This document shows, piece after piece, positions 50,586-60,169 of a stretch of 64,000 nucleotides of DNA. Within the stretch, counting starts at the first letter, position 1; each line of letters opens with the position of its first letter. A program made the translations under genes and the position numbers. This DNA comes from Novosphingobium sp. (GTDB lineage Bacteria > Pseudomonadota > Alphaproteobacteria > Sphingomonadales > Sphingomonadaceae): contig NZ_JANXWG010000139.1 of the NCBI RefSeq assembly GCF_025351285.1, positions 1,549 to 65,548 on the forward strand. The letters run 5' to 3'. Under the pieces are notes generated by a model. The model did not search any database and was not told where the DNA came from. It worked only from the letters and a program-made list of their open reading frames with translations.

Positions 50586-50615
50586 CGTGCGGCTTGGAAA
50601 GCCCAAACCCGCACG
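50586..50615 (-). terminator. Hairpin downstream of pal (probable terminator)
   Basis: CGTGCGG-C-TTGG-aaagc-CCAA-A-CCCGCACG. Confidence 0.5.
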
Positions 50616-50658
50616 GCACACGAATTTCGCGGCTACTGGCCAGACCTACTGGGCAAGC

Positions 50659-51171
50659 CTACTGAATAGTGACCGTCACCGCGCGGCGGTTCTTCGCCCA
50701 GCTTCCCTCGTCCGAGCCCATCGCCACCGGCCGTTCCTTGCCATAGCTGACCGTGGTGATGCGCGAGGCATCGACGCCGTGCGCCGCAAGGTACGATTTG
50801 GCCGCATTGGCGCGGCGTTCGCCCAGCGCAAGGTTGTAATCGCGGGTGCCGCGTTCGTCGCAATGGCCCTCGATCGTCACGCGCTTGCCCGGGTACTTCG
50901 ACAGCCACGCGACCTGGCTCATCAGCACTTGCTGGTCCTGGGCCAGCACGTCGTACTTGTCGGTATCGAAGTGGATCGTGTCCGACATGACCGAGGCGAC
51001 AAAATCGGCCTGGCTGCCCGGCACCGGTGCGCCGGGCTGGCCGGTGTCCTCGTTCGATGCCGATGGCCCCTGCTGCGGCGGTGGCGGCAGTTGCTTGGGG
51101 GCCTTGGCGCCGCAACCGGCAAGCGCGAGCGCGATGCCCGAAGCGGTGAGGGTGGCGATCAGACGGTTCAT
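50659..51171 (-). CDS. pal: Peptidoglycan-associated lipoprotein
   Basis: Lipobox LAGC; IHFDTDKY, VTIEGHCDERGTRDYNLALGERRA, VSYGKERP, NRRAVT. Confidence 0.96.
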   Translation of the reverse strand: MNRLIATLTASGIALALAGCGAKAPKQLPPPPQQGPSASNEDTGQPGAPVPGSQADFVASVMSDTIHFDTDKYDVLAQDQQVLMSQVAWLSKYPGKRVTIEGHCDERGTRDYNLALGERRANAAKSYLAAHGVDASRITTVSYGKERPVAMGSDEGSWAKNRRAVTVTIQ

Positions 51172-51234
51172 TGCGGTCTCCTTCGCGGGAATCAAAGTGC
51201 GCCAGCCAAGCCGGCGAATCAAGCTAACAACGCG

Positions 51235-52629
51235 TCAGGGCAGAACCGGCCCCCATGCGGGGTCCGATGCGTCGAGCGGGGTGGGCAGCTGGCGCAGGTT
51301 GCGCCCGGTCAGGTCCACCTGCCACAGCGAGGCCTTGCCGCTGCCGCGTGCGGTGCGGAAGAACTGGATGACGCGGCCGTTGGGCGCCCAGGTCGGCGCT
51401 TCGTCCTGCCAGTCGTCGGTCAACATGCGCACGTCGCCGCCGCTGGGGCTCATCACCGCGACGCGGAAATCGCCCTGGATCGCGGTGAACGCGATCTGGT
51501 CGCCGCGCGGGCTCCATTCGGGGGTGGCGGCGCGGCCGCCGAAGAAGCTGATGCGCTTCTGGCCAGATCCGTCGGCGTTCATCACATAGACCTGCTGCGC
51601 GCCAGACCGATCGCTTTCGAACACGATCTTCGATCCATCGGGCGAGTAGCTGCCGCCGATGTTAATGCCGGGCGTGTCGGTCAACTGGGCCGAAGGCCCA
51701 CCCTCGGCCGAAACGCGGTAGATCTGCGTATTGCCCGCGGTTGCCATCGAATAGAGCACCGTACGCCCATCGGGCGACCAGCGCGGCGCGAACGTGGGAT
51801 TGCGGCTGCTGGTGACCAGCCGCTGCTTGCCGGTGGCCAGATCGTAAACATAGATACGCGGGTTGCCATCGAGATAGCTCAGGTACAGCAACTGCTTGTA
51901 ATCGGGCGAAAACCTTGGCGTCAGCGCGATCGACTGGCCGCTAGTGAGGAAGCGGTGGTTGGCGCCATCCGAATCCATGATCGCCAGTTGCTTGCGACGG
52001 TGGTCCTTGGGCCCGGTCTCGGCGATATAGGCCACCCGGCTGTCGAAGAACGGGCTTTCGCCCGACAGCCGCGCATAAGCCATGTCGGCGCATTTGTGCG
52101 CGGCGCGGCGCCATTCGCCGGCGGCGAGCACCCAGCCCTTGCGCACCAGTTCCTTGCCCAGCGAGACGTCGTAGAGATAGCAACCGACCGTGAGTTGGCC
52201 GCCCTCCCCGGCCTTCACGAAGCCCTGCAATAGCATCTCAGCATTGCGCGCGCGCCAGGCATCGAATGCGGGCGCGGGCACTTCGCCGAAGCTGACGGCA
52301 GGCAGAGCGTCGGGTCCGGTCGGCTTGAACAGCCCGTTGTTGCGCAGATCGGAGTCGATGACGCTGGCAATCTGCCGGCCTAGCGCGGTGGTGGTGCCCC
52401 CGGCAGCGGGCGTAGGCGCCTCACGGTCCGTGGCGAAAGCGGGGATTGCAATGCCCAGATCGCGCCACTTGCTGCGATCGGTGACCGAGCCGGTGAGGCC
52501 GCCATCATCGGCAGGCGCGATCGCGTCGGATGCGGGCGGTGCAGCGGGCATCGCAGGCTGCACCGTTTGGGACAGCGCTGGACCAGCCACAGCAAGTGCC
52601 GCCAGCGAAACGAAAAAGCGCACGATCAT
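51235..52629 (-). CDS. tolB: Tol-Pal beta-propeller protein TolB
   Basis: IAIPAF, AHKCADMAY..LSGE..FFDSRVAYI, LAIMDSDGAN, PRFSPD, APRWSPDG, GGSYSPDG, PEWSPRGD, PTWAPNGR, SDPAWGP. Confidence 0.96.
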   Translation of the reverse strand: MIVRFFVSLAALAVAGPALSQTVQPAMPAAPPASDAIAPADDGGLTGSVTDRSKWRDLGIAIPAFATDREAPTPAAGGTTTALGRQIASVIDSDLRNNGLFKPTGPDALPAVSFGEVPAPAFDAWRARNAEMLLQGFVKAGEGGQLTVGCYLYDVSLGKELVRKGWVLAAGEWRRAAHKCADMAYARLSGESPFFDSRVAYIAETGPKDHRRKQLAIMDSDGANHRFLTSGQSIALTPRFSPDYKQLLYLSYLDGNPRIYVYDLATGKQRLVTSSRNPTFAPRWSPDGRTVLYSMATAGNTQIYRVSAEGGPSAQLTDTPGINIGGSYSPDGSKIVFESDRSGAQQVYVMNADGSGQKRISFFGGRAATPEWSPRGDQIAFTAIQGDFRVAVMSPSGGDVRMLTDDWQDEAPTWAPNGRVIQFFRTARGSGKASLWQVDLTGRNLRQLPTPLDASDPAWGPVLP

Positions 52630-53612
52630 TCGGACAAGTTCCTGTCGAAACGGAAGCCGGCCACGCGCTTCCACGCGGCGTAATACTGGGCGGGCAATTT
52701 GAACGGCGCGGCCAGCCGCACCGCGCGGACCGCCATTTCGGCGTGGCGCGCGGCCTGGGTGCGGTTGGCGTCGGTGATCCCCGACTGGCTGACCACGCGC
52801 GGCGCGCCGGCGAGGGTGCCGTCGGCGTTGAGGTCCCACGCCAGCACGGTCACCAGATTTTCAGCATCGACACCTTGCGGCGCGGTCCAGTGCGGCTGCA
52901 ACTGGTCGGCAATCGCGCCCGCCAGCGAGGCCTTGATCGCCGGTCCGATCGCGGCGGCAGGCGGCGTTTTTGCGGCGCCCTTGCTGTCGCTGCCGGGAAT
53001 GCCCTTGAGAAAGTCGCTGCCAACCATCGAAGCTCCTACGGGCGCATCGGGCCGGCGGCGCGGGCGATCGTCACCGGGGGTGGCGAAGTGCGCGACGGGC
53101 TTCTGGGCCGGCTTGGCCTGCGGCGCGGGCTTGGCGGCAGGTGCCGGTTTGGCTGGCGCAAGCTTGGCTGGCACGGGCTTGGCCCGCGCTGTCCGCTTGA
53201 TCGGGGGCGCGGGTTTGACCGGCTGGATCGCGCGCTTCACCGGGGCCGGTGCAGGTCTCACAACCAGTACGGGCTTGGGCACCGGAACTGGCTCAGGCGC
53301 GGGCTCGATCAGCGGGGCCGGCTTGACGATCGGCATCGGCACGGGCGCGGGTTCGCCCTTGGTCAGCGCGATGTCGGGCGCGGGCATCGCTGCGGGTTCG
53401 GGCGAAGTCGATGTGGGCGCAACCTCGGACGATATCGTCACCTGCATCCGCGGCGGGATCGGCGGCGGTGGCGCGGTCTTGCCGAACAGTGAGAGTGCGG
53501 CAAACAGCGCCGCGTGCGCCGCCACCACGATTACCAGTGCGGGCACATCCTCGCGGAAAAATCCGGTCCGCATCGGGTCTGCCAAAGCCCTTGGGGGTGC
53601 TGCCGAAGCCAT
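52626..53612 (-). CDS. tolA: TolA-like energy transducer (start may be 53573)
   Basis: Single TM segment, Pro/Ala/Lys-rich linker, C-terminal TolA domain (LQPHW.AP, AVRAVRLAAPF.LP..YY..WK, FRFD); lies between tolR and tolB. Confidence 0.8.
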   Translation of the reverse strand: MASAAPPRALADPMRTGFFREDVPALVIVVAAHAALFAALSLFGKTAPPPPIPPRMQVTISSEVAPTSTSPEPAAMPAPDIALTKGEPAPVPMPIVKPAPLIEPAPEPVPVPKPVLVVRPAPAPVKRAIQPVKPAPPIKRTARAKPVPAKLAPAKPAPAAKPAPQAKPAQKPVAHFATPGDDRPRRRPDAPVGASMVGSDFLKGIPGSDSKGAAKTPPAAAIGPAIKASLAGAIADQLQPHWTAPQGVDAENLVTVLAWDLNADGTLAGAPRVVSQSGITDANRTQAARHAEMAVRAVRLAAPFKLPAQYYAAWKRVAGFRFDRNLSE

Positions 53613-53621
53613 TGTACCGGG

Positions 53622-54074
53622 CTATGGCGCTTTGGCTGAACCCGAGGTGACCAGCGAAATATGCGTTACCCCGGCCGCGTTCAGCTCGCCCATCACCGCC
53701 ATGACCCGACCGTAATCGAGCGCTTTATCCGCCCGCAGTGTGACCAGCGGGGCCTTGTCACCCTTCACCAGCCCGGCCAGCCGATCGGGCAGTTCGCCCG
53801 GCGCCAGCTTGTCCGAATCGAGAAATATCTGCCCCTCGGGATCGATGCTGACGGTCACCTGGTCGGGCTGCTGGTCCAGCGGCTTGGCACGGCTGTCGGG
53901 CAAGTCGATCGGCACGGCCGAGACCAGCAGCGGCGCGGTGACCATGAAAATGATCAGCAACACCAGCATAACGTCGACCAGCGGGGTGACGTTGATTTCG
54001 GCCATCGGCGGGCGCCCGCCCCGGCCGCGGCCGCGCCGACCGCCTGCCGTGCTTCCGGGACCGGTCATCGCCAT
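53622..54074 (-). CDS. tolR: TolR/ExbD
   Basis: MAEINVTPLVDVMLVLLIIFMVTAPLL, LRADKALDYGRVMAVMGEL..AG. Confidence 0.93.
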   Translation of the reverse strand: MAMTGPGSTAGGRRGRGRGGRPPMAEINVTPLVDVMLVLLIIFMVTAPLLVSAVPIDLPDSRAKPLDQQPDQVTVSIDPEGQIFLDSDKLAPGELPDRLAGLVKGDKAPLVTLRADKALDYGRVMAVMGELNAAGVTHISLVTSGSAKAP

Positions 54075-54075
54075 A

Positions 54076-54780
54076 TCAGGCTTCCATCTCGCGGCTGAGC
54101 GTGGCGTGGAAGCGGTCGGCAAAGCGGAACAGCCGGCTTTCGAAGCGGTTCACGCGGTGCGACAGGCGGTTGTAGGCGATCACCGCGGGAATGGCCGCGA
54201 ACAGCCCGATGGCGGTGGCGAACAGCGCCTCGGCAATCCCCGGCGCGACCACGGCAAGCGAGGAATTCTGCTGCTGGCCGATGCGGAAGAAGCTGTCCAT
54301 GATGCCCCACACGGTGCCGAACAGACCCACGAACGGCGCGACCGAACCGACCGTGGCGAGCAGGTTGAGCCGGCCGGACATCCGTTCCGCCTCATCGGCC
54401 ACCGCACCGTCCATCGCGCCCGCCAGCCGCGCGCGGGTGCCATCGCGGTCGATCGCCTTGCCCCCGGTCGAGCGGCGCCATTCGGCGATGCCGGTCTGCG
54501 CCACGCGCGCCGAGGGGATATCCTTCTTGCGCTGTTCGGCCTGGAACGCATCGACATCTTTGGCCGCCCAGAACTCGGCCTCATAGGCCTTGCAGCGACG
54601 TTCGGCGCTTCCCAGCTTCCACCACACCGCCACGGTGATCGTCCACACCGCGATGCTGGCGAGCAACAGTCCGCCGATCACCACTTGCACCACCACATCG
54701 GCATCGAGGAACAGCCGGACCGGATCGAGCCGGGTCGGCAGGGCCGTGATCGCAGAAGCAAGGAGGGCAAGAACGGTCAT
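54076..54780 (-). CDS. tolQ: TolQ/ExbB
   Basis: LATVGSVAPFVGLFGTVWGIMDSF, SLAVVAPGIAEALFATAIGLFAAIPAVIAYN. Confidence 0.95.
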   Translation of the reverse strand: MTVLALLASAITALPTRLDPVRLFLDADVVVQVVIGGLLLASIAVWTITVAVWWKLGSAERRCKAYEAEFWAAKDVDAFQAEQRKKDIPSARVAQTGIAEWRRSTGGKAIDRDGTRARLAGAMDGAVADEAERMSGRLNLLATVGSVAPFVGLFGTVWGIMDSFFRIGQQQNSSLAVVAPGIAEALFATAIGLFAAIPAVIAYNRLSHRVNRFESRLFRFADRFHATLSREMEA

Positions 54781-55238
54781 GCGAGACTTTCGGTTGCGGG
54801 GATCAAAACAGTGTTGAAAGCAGCGACCCATTCGCGCTTCTGACGTCGCGGGCGGCCGGTGGGGGCGACGAAGGCGGCGCGGACTTGCGCTTCGGCGAGC
54901 TTTACGGAACCCAACCAAGCGGTCTGGCGGAGGCGGCAAGTGGCGGCGGTGACCTCGACGGCTTCGCTTGTAATCACTACCGCATCATCCAGCTTCGCCG
55001 GGCGCAAGTAGCGGATCGACAAGTCGGTCACCGCATAAGCCCCCTCACCCGCATCGTTCGCGGCGCGCTGGTCGATGCCGAGCAGCCGCAACATGTCGGA
55101 GCGAGCGCGTTCGAACCAGCGCAAGTAGTTGGCATGATAGACCACGCCCGAAAGATCGGTGTCCTCGAAGTAAACCCGCACCGCAAACAGGTGCCGGGGC
55201 CCGTCGAAACGGCCCGATTGGGGGGCGAAATCGTGCAT
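54777..55238 (-). CDS. ybgC: Tol-Pal-associated acyl-CoA thioesterase
   Basis: VRVYFEDTDLSGVVYHANYLRWFERARSDML, IRYLRPAKLDD. Confidence 0.93.
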   Translation of the reverse strand: MHDFAPQSGRFDGPRHLFAVRVYFEDTDLSGVVYHANYLRWFERARSDMLRLLGIDQRAANDAGEGAYAVTDLSIRYLRPAKLDDAVVITSEAVEVTAATCRLRQTAWLGSVKLAEAQVRAAFVAPTGRPRRQKREWVAAFNTVLIPATESLA

Positions 55239-55312
55239 GGATGGCGGGTTCTAGCCGGTGCGACTCGGCGGCGCAAATGCTGGTTAACGCCGCATCGCGG
55301 ATCAGCGTCGCT

Positions 55313-55690
55313 TCACCGCGCCAGCATCGGCCCCATCGGTCTTCCGCCGAACACATGCACGTGCAGATGCGGCACTTCCTGGTGGCTCTGGGTGCCGGTG
55401 TTGGCGAGCAGCCGGTATCCGGGTTCGACCAGCCCCTGCTCGCGCGCGACATGGCCGACGGCGCGGACAAATCCGGCGATTTCGGCGTCGCTGGCCTTGG
55501 CGGAAAAGTCGTCCCAACTCACATACGCGCCCTTGGGGATCACCAGGATATGCAGCGGCGCTTGCGGGTTGATGTCGTGGAACGCGAGCGCGAAGTCGTC
55601 CTCGTACACCGTCTTGTTCGGGATTTCGCCGCGCAGGATTTTGGCGAAGATGTTTTGATCATCATAGGGTTGGGTTGCATCGACGGCCAT
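55313..55690 (-). CDS. Histidine triad (HIT) nucleotide-binding protein
   Basis: YDDQNIFAKILRGEIP, AFHDINPQAPLHILVIPK, QEVPHLHVHVFGG. Confidence 0.93.
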   Translation of the reverse strand: MAVDATQPYDDQNIFAKILRGEIPNKTVYEDDFALAFHDINPQAPLHILVIPKGAYVSWDDFSAKASDAEIAGFVRAVGHVAREQGLVEPGYRLLANTGTQSHQEVPHLHVHVFGGRPMGPMLAR

Positions 55691-55701
55691 CGCGGGTCTC
55701 C

Positions 55702-56028
55702 TCAATCCTCTGTTCTGGATGCCTTTTCGGCGATGCCCGAGGTGCCTTCGCGGCGTTCGAGTTCGGCCAGCACAGTGTCGAATGCCACGCCCTTGGCACC
55801 GAGCAAGACCATCAGGTGGAACATGAGGTCGGCTGCCTCACCGACCAGTTCGGCCTCGCTTTCGGTAAGTGCGGCGATGACGGTTTCGACCGCTTCCTCG
55901 CCCAGCTTCTGCGCGATCTTGCCGAGGCCCTTGGCGTGGAGTTTGGCGACGTAGCTGGCTTGCGGATCAGCCTTGGCGCGCTCCGCAATCGTAGCTTCCA
56001 GCCGGGCGAGAATGCTTGCATGATCCAT
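55702..56028 (-). CDS. hisE: Phosphoribosyl-ATP diphosphatase
   Basis: SYVAKL..KG..KIAQKLGEEAVE.VIAA, EAADLMFHL.VLL, ELERREG.SG. Confidence 0.95.
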   Translation of the reverse strand: MDHASILARLEATIAERAKADPQASYVAKLHAKGLGKIAQKLGEEAVETVIAALTESEAELVGEAADLMFHLMVLLGAKGVAFDTVLAELERREGTSGIAEKASRTED

Positions 56029-56032
56029 CGCT

Positions 56033-56794
56033 TCAGCCTCTTGCCGGCAGGCCGGCGGCGCGCAAGGCGGCGTGGGCCTGGGCGATCGAATACGTGCCGT
56101 AGTGGAATATCGAGGCGGCCAGCACCGCGCTGGCGTGGCCCTTGGTGACGCCTTCGACCATGTGATCGAGCGTGCCCACACCGCCGCTCGCCACCACCGG
56201 CACCGACACTGCATCGGCAATGCAACGCGTCAGATCGAGGTCGTAACCGGCTTGCGTGCCGTCGCCGTCCATCGAGGTGACGAGCAATTCGCCTGCGCCG
56301 AGGTCCGCCAAACGGACGGCGTGTTCGAGCGCGTCGATCCCCGTTGCCGTGCGGCCGCCGTGAGTGAAAATTTCCCAGCGGCCAACCTCGACCCGCCGCG
56401 CATCGACCGATCCGACGATACATTGGCTGCCGAAGCGCGCGGCGATCTCGGCCACGACTTCGGGCCGCGACACCGCCGCCGAATTGACCGCGACCTTGTC
56501 CGCCCCGGCCAGCAGGAGCGCGCGCGCGTCCTCGGCCGAGCGGACGCCGCCGCCCACGGTCAGCGGCATAAAGCACACTTCGGCGGTGCGCCGCACCACG
56601 TCGAGCAGCGTGCCGCGGCCCTCATGGCTGGCGGAAATATCGAGAAAACACAATTCGTCGGCGCCCGCCGCATCGTAGGCGCGCGCCTGCTCGACCGGAT
56701 CGCCGGCGTCCTTGAGATCGACGAAGTTCACGCCCTTGACCACGCGCCCATCGCGCACATCGAGGCAGGGGATGACGCGGATGCGGACGGTCAT
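56033..56794 (-). CDS. hisF: Imidazole glycerol phosphate synthase subunit HisF
   Basis: [78 protein letters not shown]. Confidence 0.97.
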   Translation of the reverse strand: MTVRIRVIPCLDVRDGRVVKGVNFVDLKDAGDPVEQARAYDAAGADELCFLDISASHEGRGTLLDVVRRTAEVCFMPLTVGGGVRSAEDARALLLAGADKVAVNSAAVSRPEVVAEIAARFGSQCIVGSVDARRVEVGRWEIFTHGGRTATGIDALEHAVRLADLGAGELLVTSMDGDGTQAGYDLDLTRCIADAVSVPVVASGGVGTLDHMVEGVTKGHASAVLAASIFHYGTYSIAQAHAALRAAGLPARG

Positions 56795-57042
56795 CGAGTC
56801 ACCAGGATATTCGTTACGGCAACCAGTAGGATTGCTGTAGCTAACGCTTGTCCCGTCGTTACAGCCCAGAAAACTGCGGGACGCGTTTGCCGGTCAAAAC
56901 TGATTGGCGCTGCACTTGGCCGCCAGAGGGTCGGCATTCGCATTATTGTCGCTTGGTTTGAGCGAAAATCTCGAAAAATCATAGCCGCTCGCGCAGTCAC
57001 CAATAAAAGGATGATGATACACAGGACCCGCGCCATATTCAC
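56791..57042 (-). CDS. Small two-TM hypothetical membrane protein inserted between hisA and hisF
   Basis: GTG start overlaps the hisA stop and its stop overlaps the hisF ATG (4-nt overlaps); two hydrophobic stretches; about 54% GC by my count. Confidence 0.6.
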   Translation of the reverse strand: MNMARVLCIIILLLVTARAAMIFRDFRSNQATIMRMPTLWRPSAAPISFDRQTRPAVFWAVTTGQALATAILLVAVTNILVTR

Positions 57043-57767
57043 GCCTTCGCCGCCATCGCCAGCGCCGCCGCCAAGTCGAGCCGCCCCTCGAACAACGCCC
57101 GCCCGGTGATCACGCCCTCGATCCCGTCATTGGCGTGCAGCGCCAGCATCCGGATATCGTCCAGCCCCTTCACGCCGCCGCTGGCGATCACCGGCAACCG
57201 CGTTGCACGCGCCAGATCGACCGTTGCATCGACGTTGCAACCCTTGAGCATGCCGTCGCGGCCGACGTCGGTGAACAGCAGGCTCGCCACCCCGGCATCC
57301 TCGAAGCGGCGCGCCATGTCGACGATCGAGACGGTCGAGACTTCGGCCCACCCCTCGGTCGCCACCATGCCGTCGCGCGCGTCAACCGCGACCACGATCC
57401 CGCCGGGATAAGCGCGGGCCATGTCCTTGACGAATTCGGGGTTCTTCAACGCCGCGGTGCCGATCACCACGCGCGCCACGCCCAGATCGAACCAGCCATC
57501 GACCGCGACCGGCGTGCGGATGCCGCCGCCCAGTTGCACGTGGCCGGGAAACTGCCTGAGGATCGCCTCGACCGCCACGCGGTTGACCGCCTCGCCCGCG
57601 AAGGCGCCGTCGAGATCGACCACGTGGAGGTGCTGCGCACCTGCTTCGGCGAACAGCATCGCCTGCGCGGCTGGATCGTCGCCATAAATCGTGGCGCGGT
57701 CCATGTCGCCCTCGGCCAGTCGCACGACCTGGCCGTTTTTCAGGTCGATGGCCGGAAATACGATCAT
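57039..57767 (-). CDS. hisA: ProFAR isomerase
   Basis: MIVFPAIDLKNGQVVRLAEGDM, LHVVDLDGAF, VQLGGGIR, RVVIGTAA, VAVDAR, FTDVGRDG.LKG.N, IASGGV, GVITGRALFEG. Confidence 0.97.
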   Translation of the reverse strand: MIVFPAIDLKNGQVVRLAEGDMDRATIYGDDPAAQAMLFAEAGAQHLHVVDLDGAFAGEAVNRVAVEAILRQFPGHVQLGGGIRTPVAVDGWFDLGVARVVIGTAALKNPEFVKDMARAYPGGIVVAVDARDGMVATEGWAEVSTVSIVDMARRFEDAGVASLLFTDVGRDGMLKGCNVDATVDLARATRLPVIASGGVKGLDDIRMLALHANDGIEGVITGRALFEGRLDLAAALAMAAKA

Positions 57768-58393
57768 GGCTTCCACTCCAGAAAGCGCGTGAGCATGGCC
57801 AGTCCATAGCCCTGGCTTTTCTCGGGATGGAACTGCACGCCCAGCAGGTTGTCGCGCGCCACCGCCGCGATCAGCCCGCCGCCATGGTCGGTCATCGCTG
57901 CGATGTTTGCGCCGTGGTCGGGGACGAAATGGTACGAATGGAGGAAATAGGCCTCGCCCGGCTCGATCAGGCTGGCGCCATCGGTGTGCGGCATTGGCGA
58001 AACATCGTTCCAGCCCATGTGCGGGATCTTGATCGCGCGATCGGTGCATTCGATCGCGCGCACTTCGCCGGCGATCCAGCCGAGGCCGGGGGTAATGCCG
58101 TGCTCAACGCCCTGATCGGCCAGCAATTGCATGCCGACGCAAATGCCGAGGAACGGCGCGCCGCCGATGTGTACGCGTTCTTCCATCGCCGCAACCAGCC
58201 CCGGCACCGCGTTCAGCGCTTCGGCACAAGCCTTGAATGCGCCTACGCCGGGCAGCACGATCCGGTCGGCCGCGCGCACCACGTTGACGTCGGCGGTGAT
58301 CTCAACGTGCTCGGCGCCCGCCACCCTGAGCGCATTGGCGACCGAGCGCAGGTTGCCCGCGCCATAATCGATGAGAGCGATGGTTTCCGCCAT
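57764..58393 (-). CDS. hisH: Imidazole glycerol phosphate synthase glutaminase subunit
   Basis: IDYGAGNLRSV, VLPGVGAF, LGICVGMQLL, PHMGWN, YFLHSY, GVQFHPEKS. Confidence 0.97.
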   Translation of the reverse strand: MAETIALIDYGAGNLRSVANALRVAGAEHVEITADVNVVRAADRIVLPGVGAFKACAEALNAVPGLVAAMEERVHIGGAPFLGICVGMQLLADQGVEHGITPGLGWIAGEVRAIECTDRAIKIPHMGWNDVSPMPHTDGASLIEPGEAYFLHSYHFVPDHGANIAAMTDHGGGLIAAVARDNLLGVQFHPEKSQGYGLAMLTRFLEWKP

Positions 58394-58397
58394 GCCC

Positions 58398-59000
58398 CTA
58401 TCCGCCGAGGATGCCCTTGGTCGACGGCACCGCGTCGGCCTTGCGCGGATCGATCTCCACGGCTTGGCGCATCGCGCGGGCAAAGCCCTTGAAGATACCT
58501 TCGATCATGTGGTGGTTGTTCTGGCCGTAAAGCGTCTCGATGTGCAGCGTGATGCCGGCGGCCTGCGAAATCGAATGGAACCAGTGTTCGAACAGCTCGG
58601 TGTCCATTTCACCCAGCCGCGGCTGCGTGAACTCCATCTTCCAAACCAGGATCGGCCGCCCCGAAATGTCGAGCGCCACCCGCGCCAAAGCCTCGTCCAT
58701 CGGCGAATAGGCGCTGCCATAGCGTACGATTCCACGCTTGTCGGCCAGCGCCTGCGATATGGCCTGCCCGATCGCGATCGCGCTATCTTCGGTGGTGTGG
58801 TGCTGATCGACGTGGAGATCGCCCTCAACCTTGCACACGATATCGATCAGCGAATGCCGCGCGAACTGTTCGATCATGTGATCGAGAAAGCCGATACCGG
58901 TAGCAACGTCGTAAATCCCGGTGCCATCGAGGTTCACCGACACGTCGATTGCGGTTTCTGCGGTTTTGCGGCTGACCTGGCCGGTGCGCGGAGCTGTCAT
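58398..59000 (-). CDS. hisB: Imidazoleglycerol-phosphate dehydratase
   Basis: [61 protein letters not shown]. Confidence 0.97.
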   Translation of the reverse strand: MTAPRTGQVSRKTAETAIDVSVNLDGTGIYDVATGIGFLDHMIEQFARHSLIDIVCKVEGDLHVDQHHTTEDSAIAIGQAISQALADKRGIVRYGSAYSPMDEALARVALDISGRPILVWKMEFTQPRLGEMDTELFEHWFHSISQAAGITLHIETLYGQNNHHMIEGIFKGFARAMRQAVEIDPRKADAVPSTKGILGG

Positions 59001-59144
59001 GCGCGGCGGTTAGGCGCATCACGGTGCAGAATCAATCCGCCCGCCGATCGGGCGGCTTCACAAATCCACTTCCACTCGATTCAACGCACCGCACCTTCGT
59101 GCCCTCTTGACCGCGCCGCCCGTCACGGTCAGGTGTGCGATGAA

Positions 59145-59657
59145 ATGAACGACACATCACCCGACAGCCTGATCCCCTATGACGAGATCGTCCAGGAAGC
59201 CTTGCGCGCAGTGGTCGGCCGCGTGCTCGGCCAAGTGGAAACGACCGGCGGGATGCTGCCCGGCAACCACCACTTCTACATAACCTTCAAGACGCACGCC
59301 CCCGGCGTGGCGATCCCGGTGGTGCTGCGCGAACGTTTTCCCGATGAAATGACCATCGTGCTCCAGAACAAGTTCTGGGAGCTCAAGGTCGAAGCCGATT
59401 CGTTCAGCGTCGGCCTCAGCTTCAACCAGATCCCTTCCAAGCTGCACATTCCGTTCTCCGCGATTACCGCATTCGTCGATCCGGCGGTCGATTTCGGGCT
59501 TCAGTTCCAGGCGCAAGTCGAGGAACCCGAACACCAGCCCCACGAAGACGCCGAAAACGATTCGCCCGAGGATGGTACGGAACCCGGCAGCCCCGCGTCC
59601 GTTCAGGCCGAAGATGGCTCGAATGTCGTGACGGTCGATTTCGGGCGCAAGAAGTAG
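59145..59657 (+). CDS. sspB: ClpXP adaptor SspB (alphaproteobacterial type)
   Basis: IPYDEIVQEALR.VV..VL, HHFYITFKT..PGV.IP..L.ERFPDEMTIVLQNKFWEL, FSVGLSFNQIP..L.IPF.AIT.FVDP.V.FGLQF; tail NVVTVDFGRKK. Confidence 0.92.
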   Translation: MNDTSPDSLIPYDEIVQEALRAVVGRVLGQVETTGGMLPGNHHFYITFKTHAPGVAIPVVLRERFPDEMTIVLQNKFWELKVEADSFSVGLSFNQIPSKLHIPFSAITAFVDPAVDFGLQFQAQVEEPEHQPHEDAENDSPEDGTEPGSPASVQAEDGSNVVTVDFGRKK

Positions 59658-59720
59658 CGCGCGAGCAACGTTCGGACGATTTGTCCGCGACCTCGCGCCC
59701 AACCTGAGGAACGCGAAGCA

Positions 59721-60110
59721 ATGGTCGGCAAACCCACCGCGAAAGCCCTGAAAGCCGGTGGCACGAAGCTGACCCGCAAGGCCAGGCGCCAGGCCGAACG
59801 CGCGGTTCGCGCTGCCAATCCCGTGTCCAACCTGGTGCTGGCCGATCTTGCTTTGCGCGGCGGCGGAGAACTGCTGCGCCACGTGGTCGAAAGGGCGTTC
59901 CTGACGCCGCAAGTGGGCAAGGAACGGGCCGAACGCCATGTTAAATCGCGCACCATGGGCCAGACGCTGGTGTCCACCGCGTTGGCGCGGGTGGCTACGC
60001 GATCGGTGCCCGGCGCGATCGTGATCGGCGGTGGGATGCTCGCCAAAACGCTGTACGATCGGCGCAAGGCGCGCGCGAGGGCACGGAAGGGTGAACCCGC
60101 CGACGGCTGA
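59721..60110 (+). CDS. Basic hypothetical protein
   Basis: Clean ORF between sspB and gmk; Lys/Arg-rich ends; NLVLADLALRGGG, ARVATRSVPGAIVIGGG.LAKTLYDR. Confidence 0.7.
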   Translation: MVGKPTAKALKAGGTKLTRKARRQAERAVRAANPVSNLVLADLALRGGGELLRHVVERAFLTPQVGKERAERHVKSRTMGQTLVSTALARVATRSVPGAIVIGGGMLAKTLYDRRKARARARKGEPADG

Positions 60111-60169
60111 CTGCGGGCCAAATGACGGCGCGGGTTGACCATGTCCCTGCCGCTGCGCCATTAGCGCGC

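Noticed and set aside
52950-53420. Pro/Ala/Lys repeats in tolA
   Set aside because: Normal TolA/TonB periplasm-spanning linker.
59000-59145. his leader peptide/attenuator upstream of hisB
   Set aside because: No His-codon-rich short ORF; only a GC hairpin (CCGCCCG-ccgat-CGGGCGG) in a divergent promoter region.
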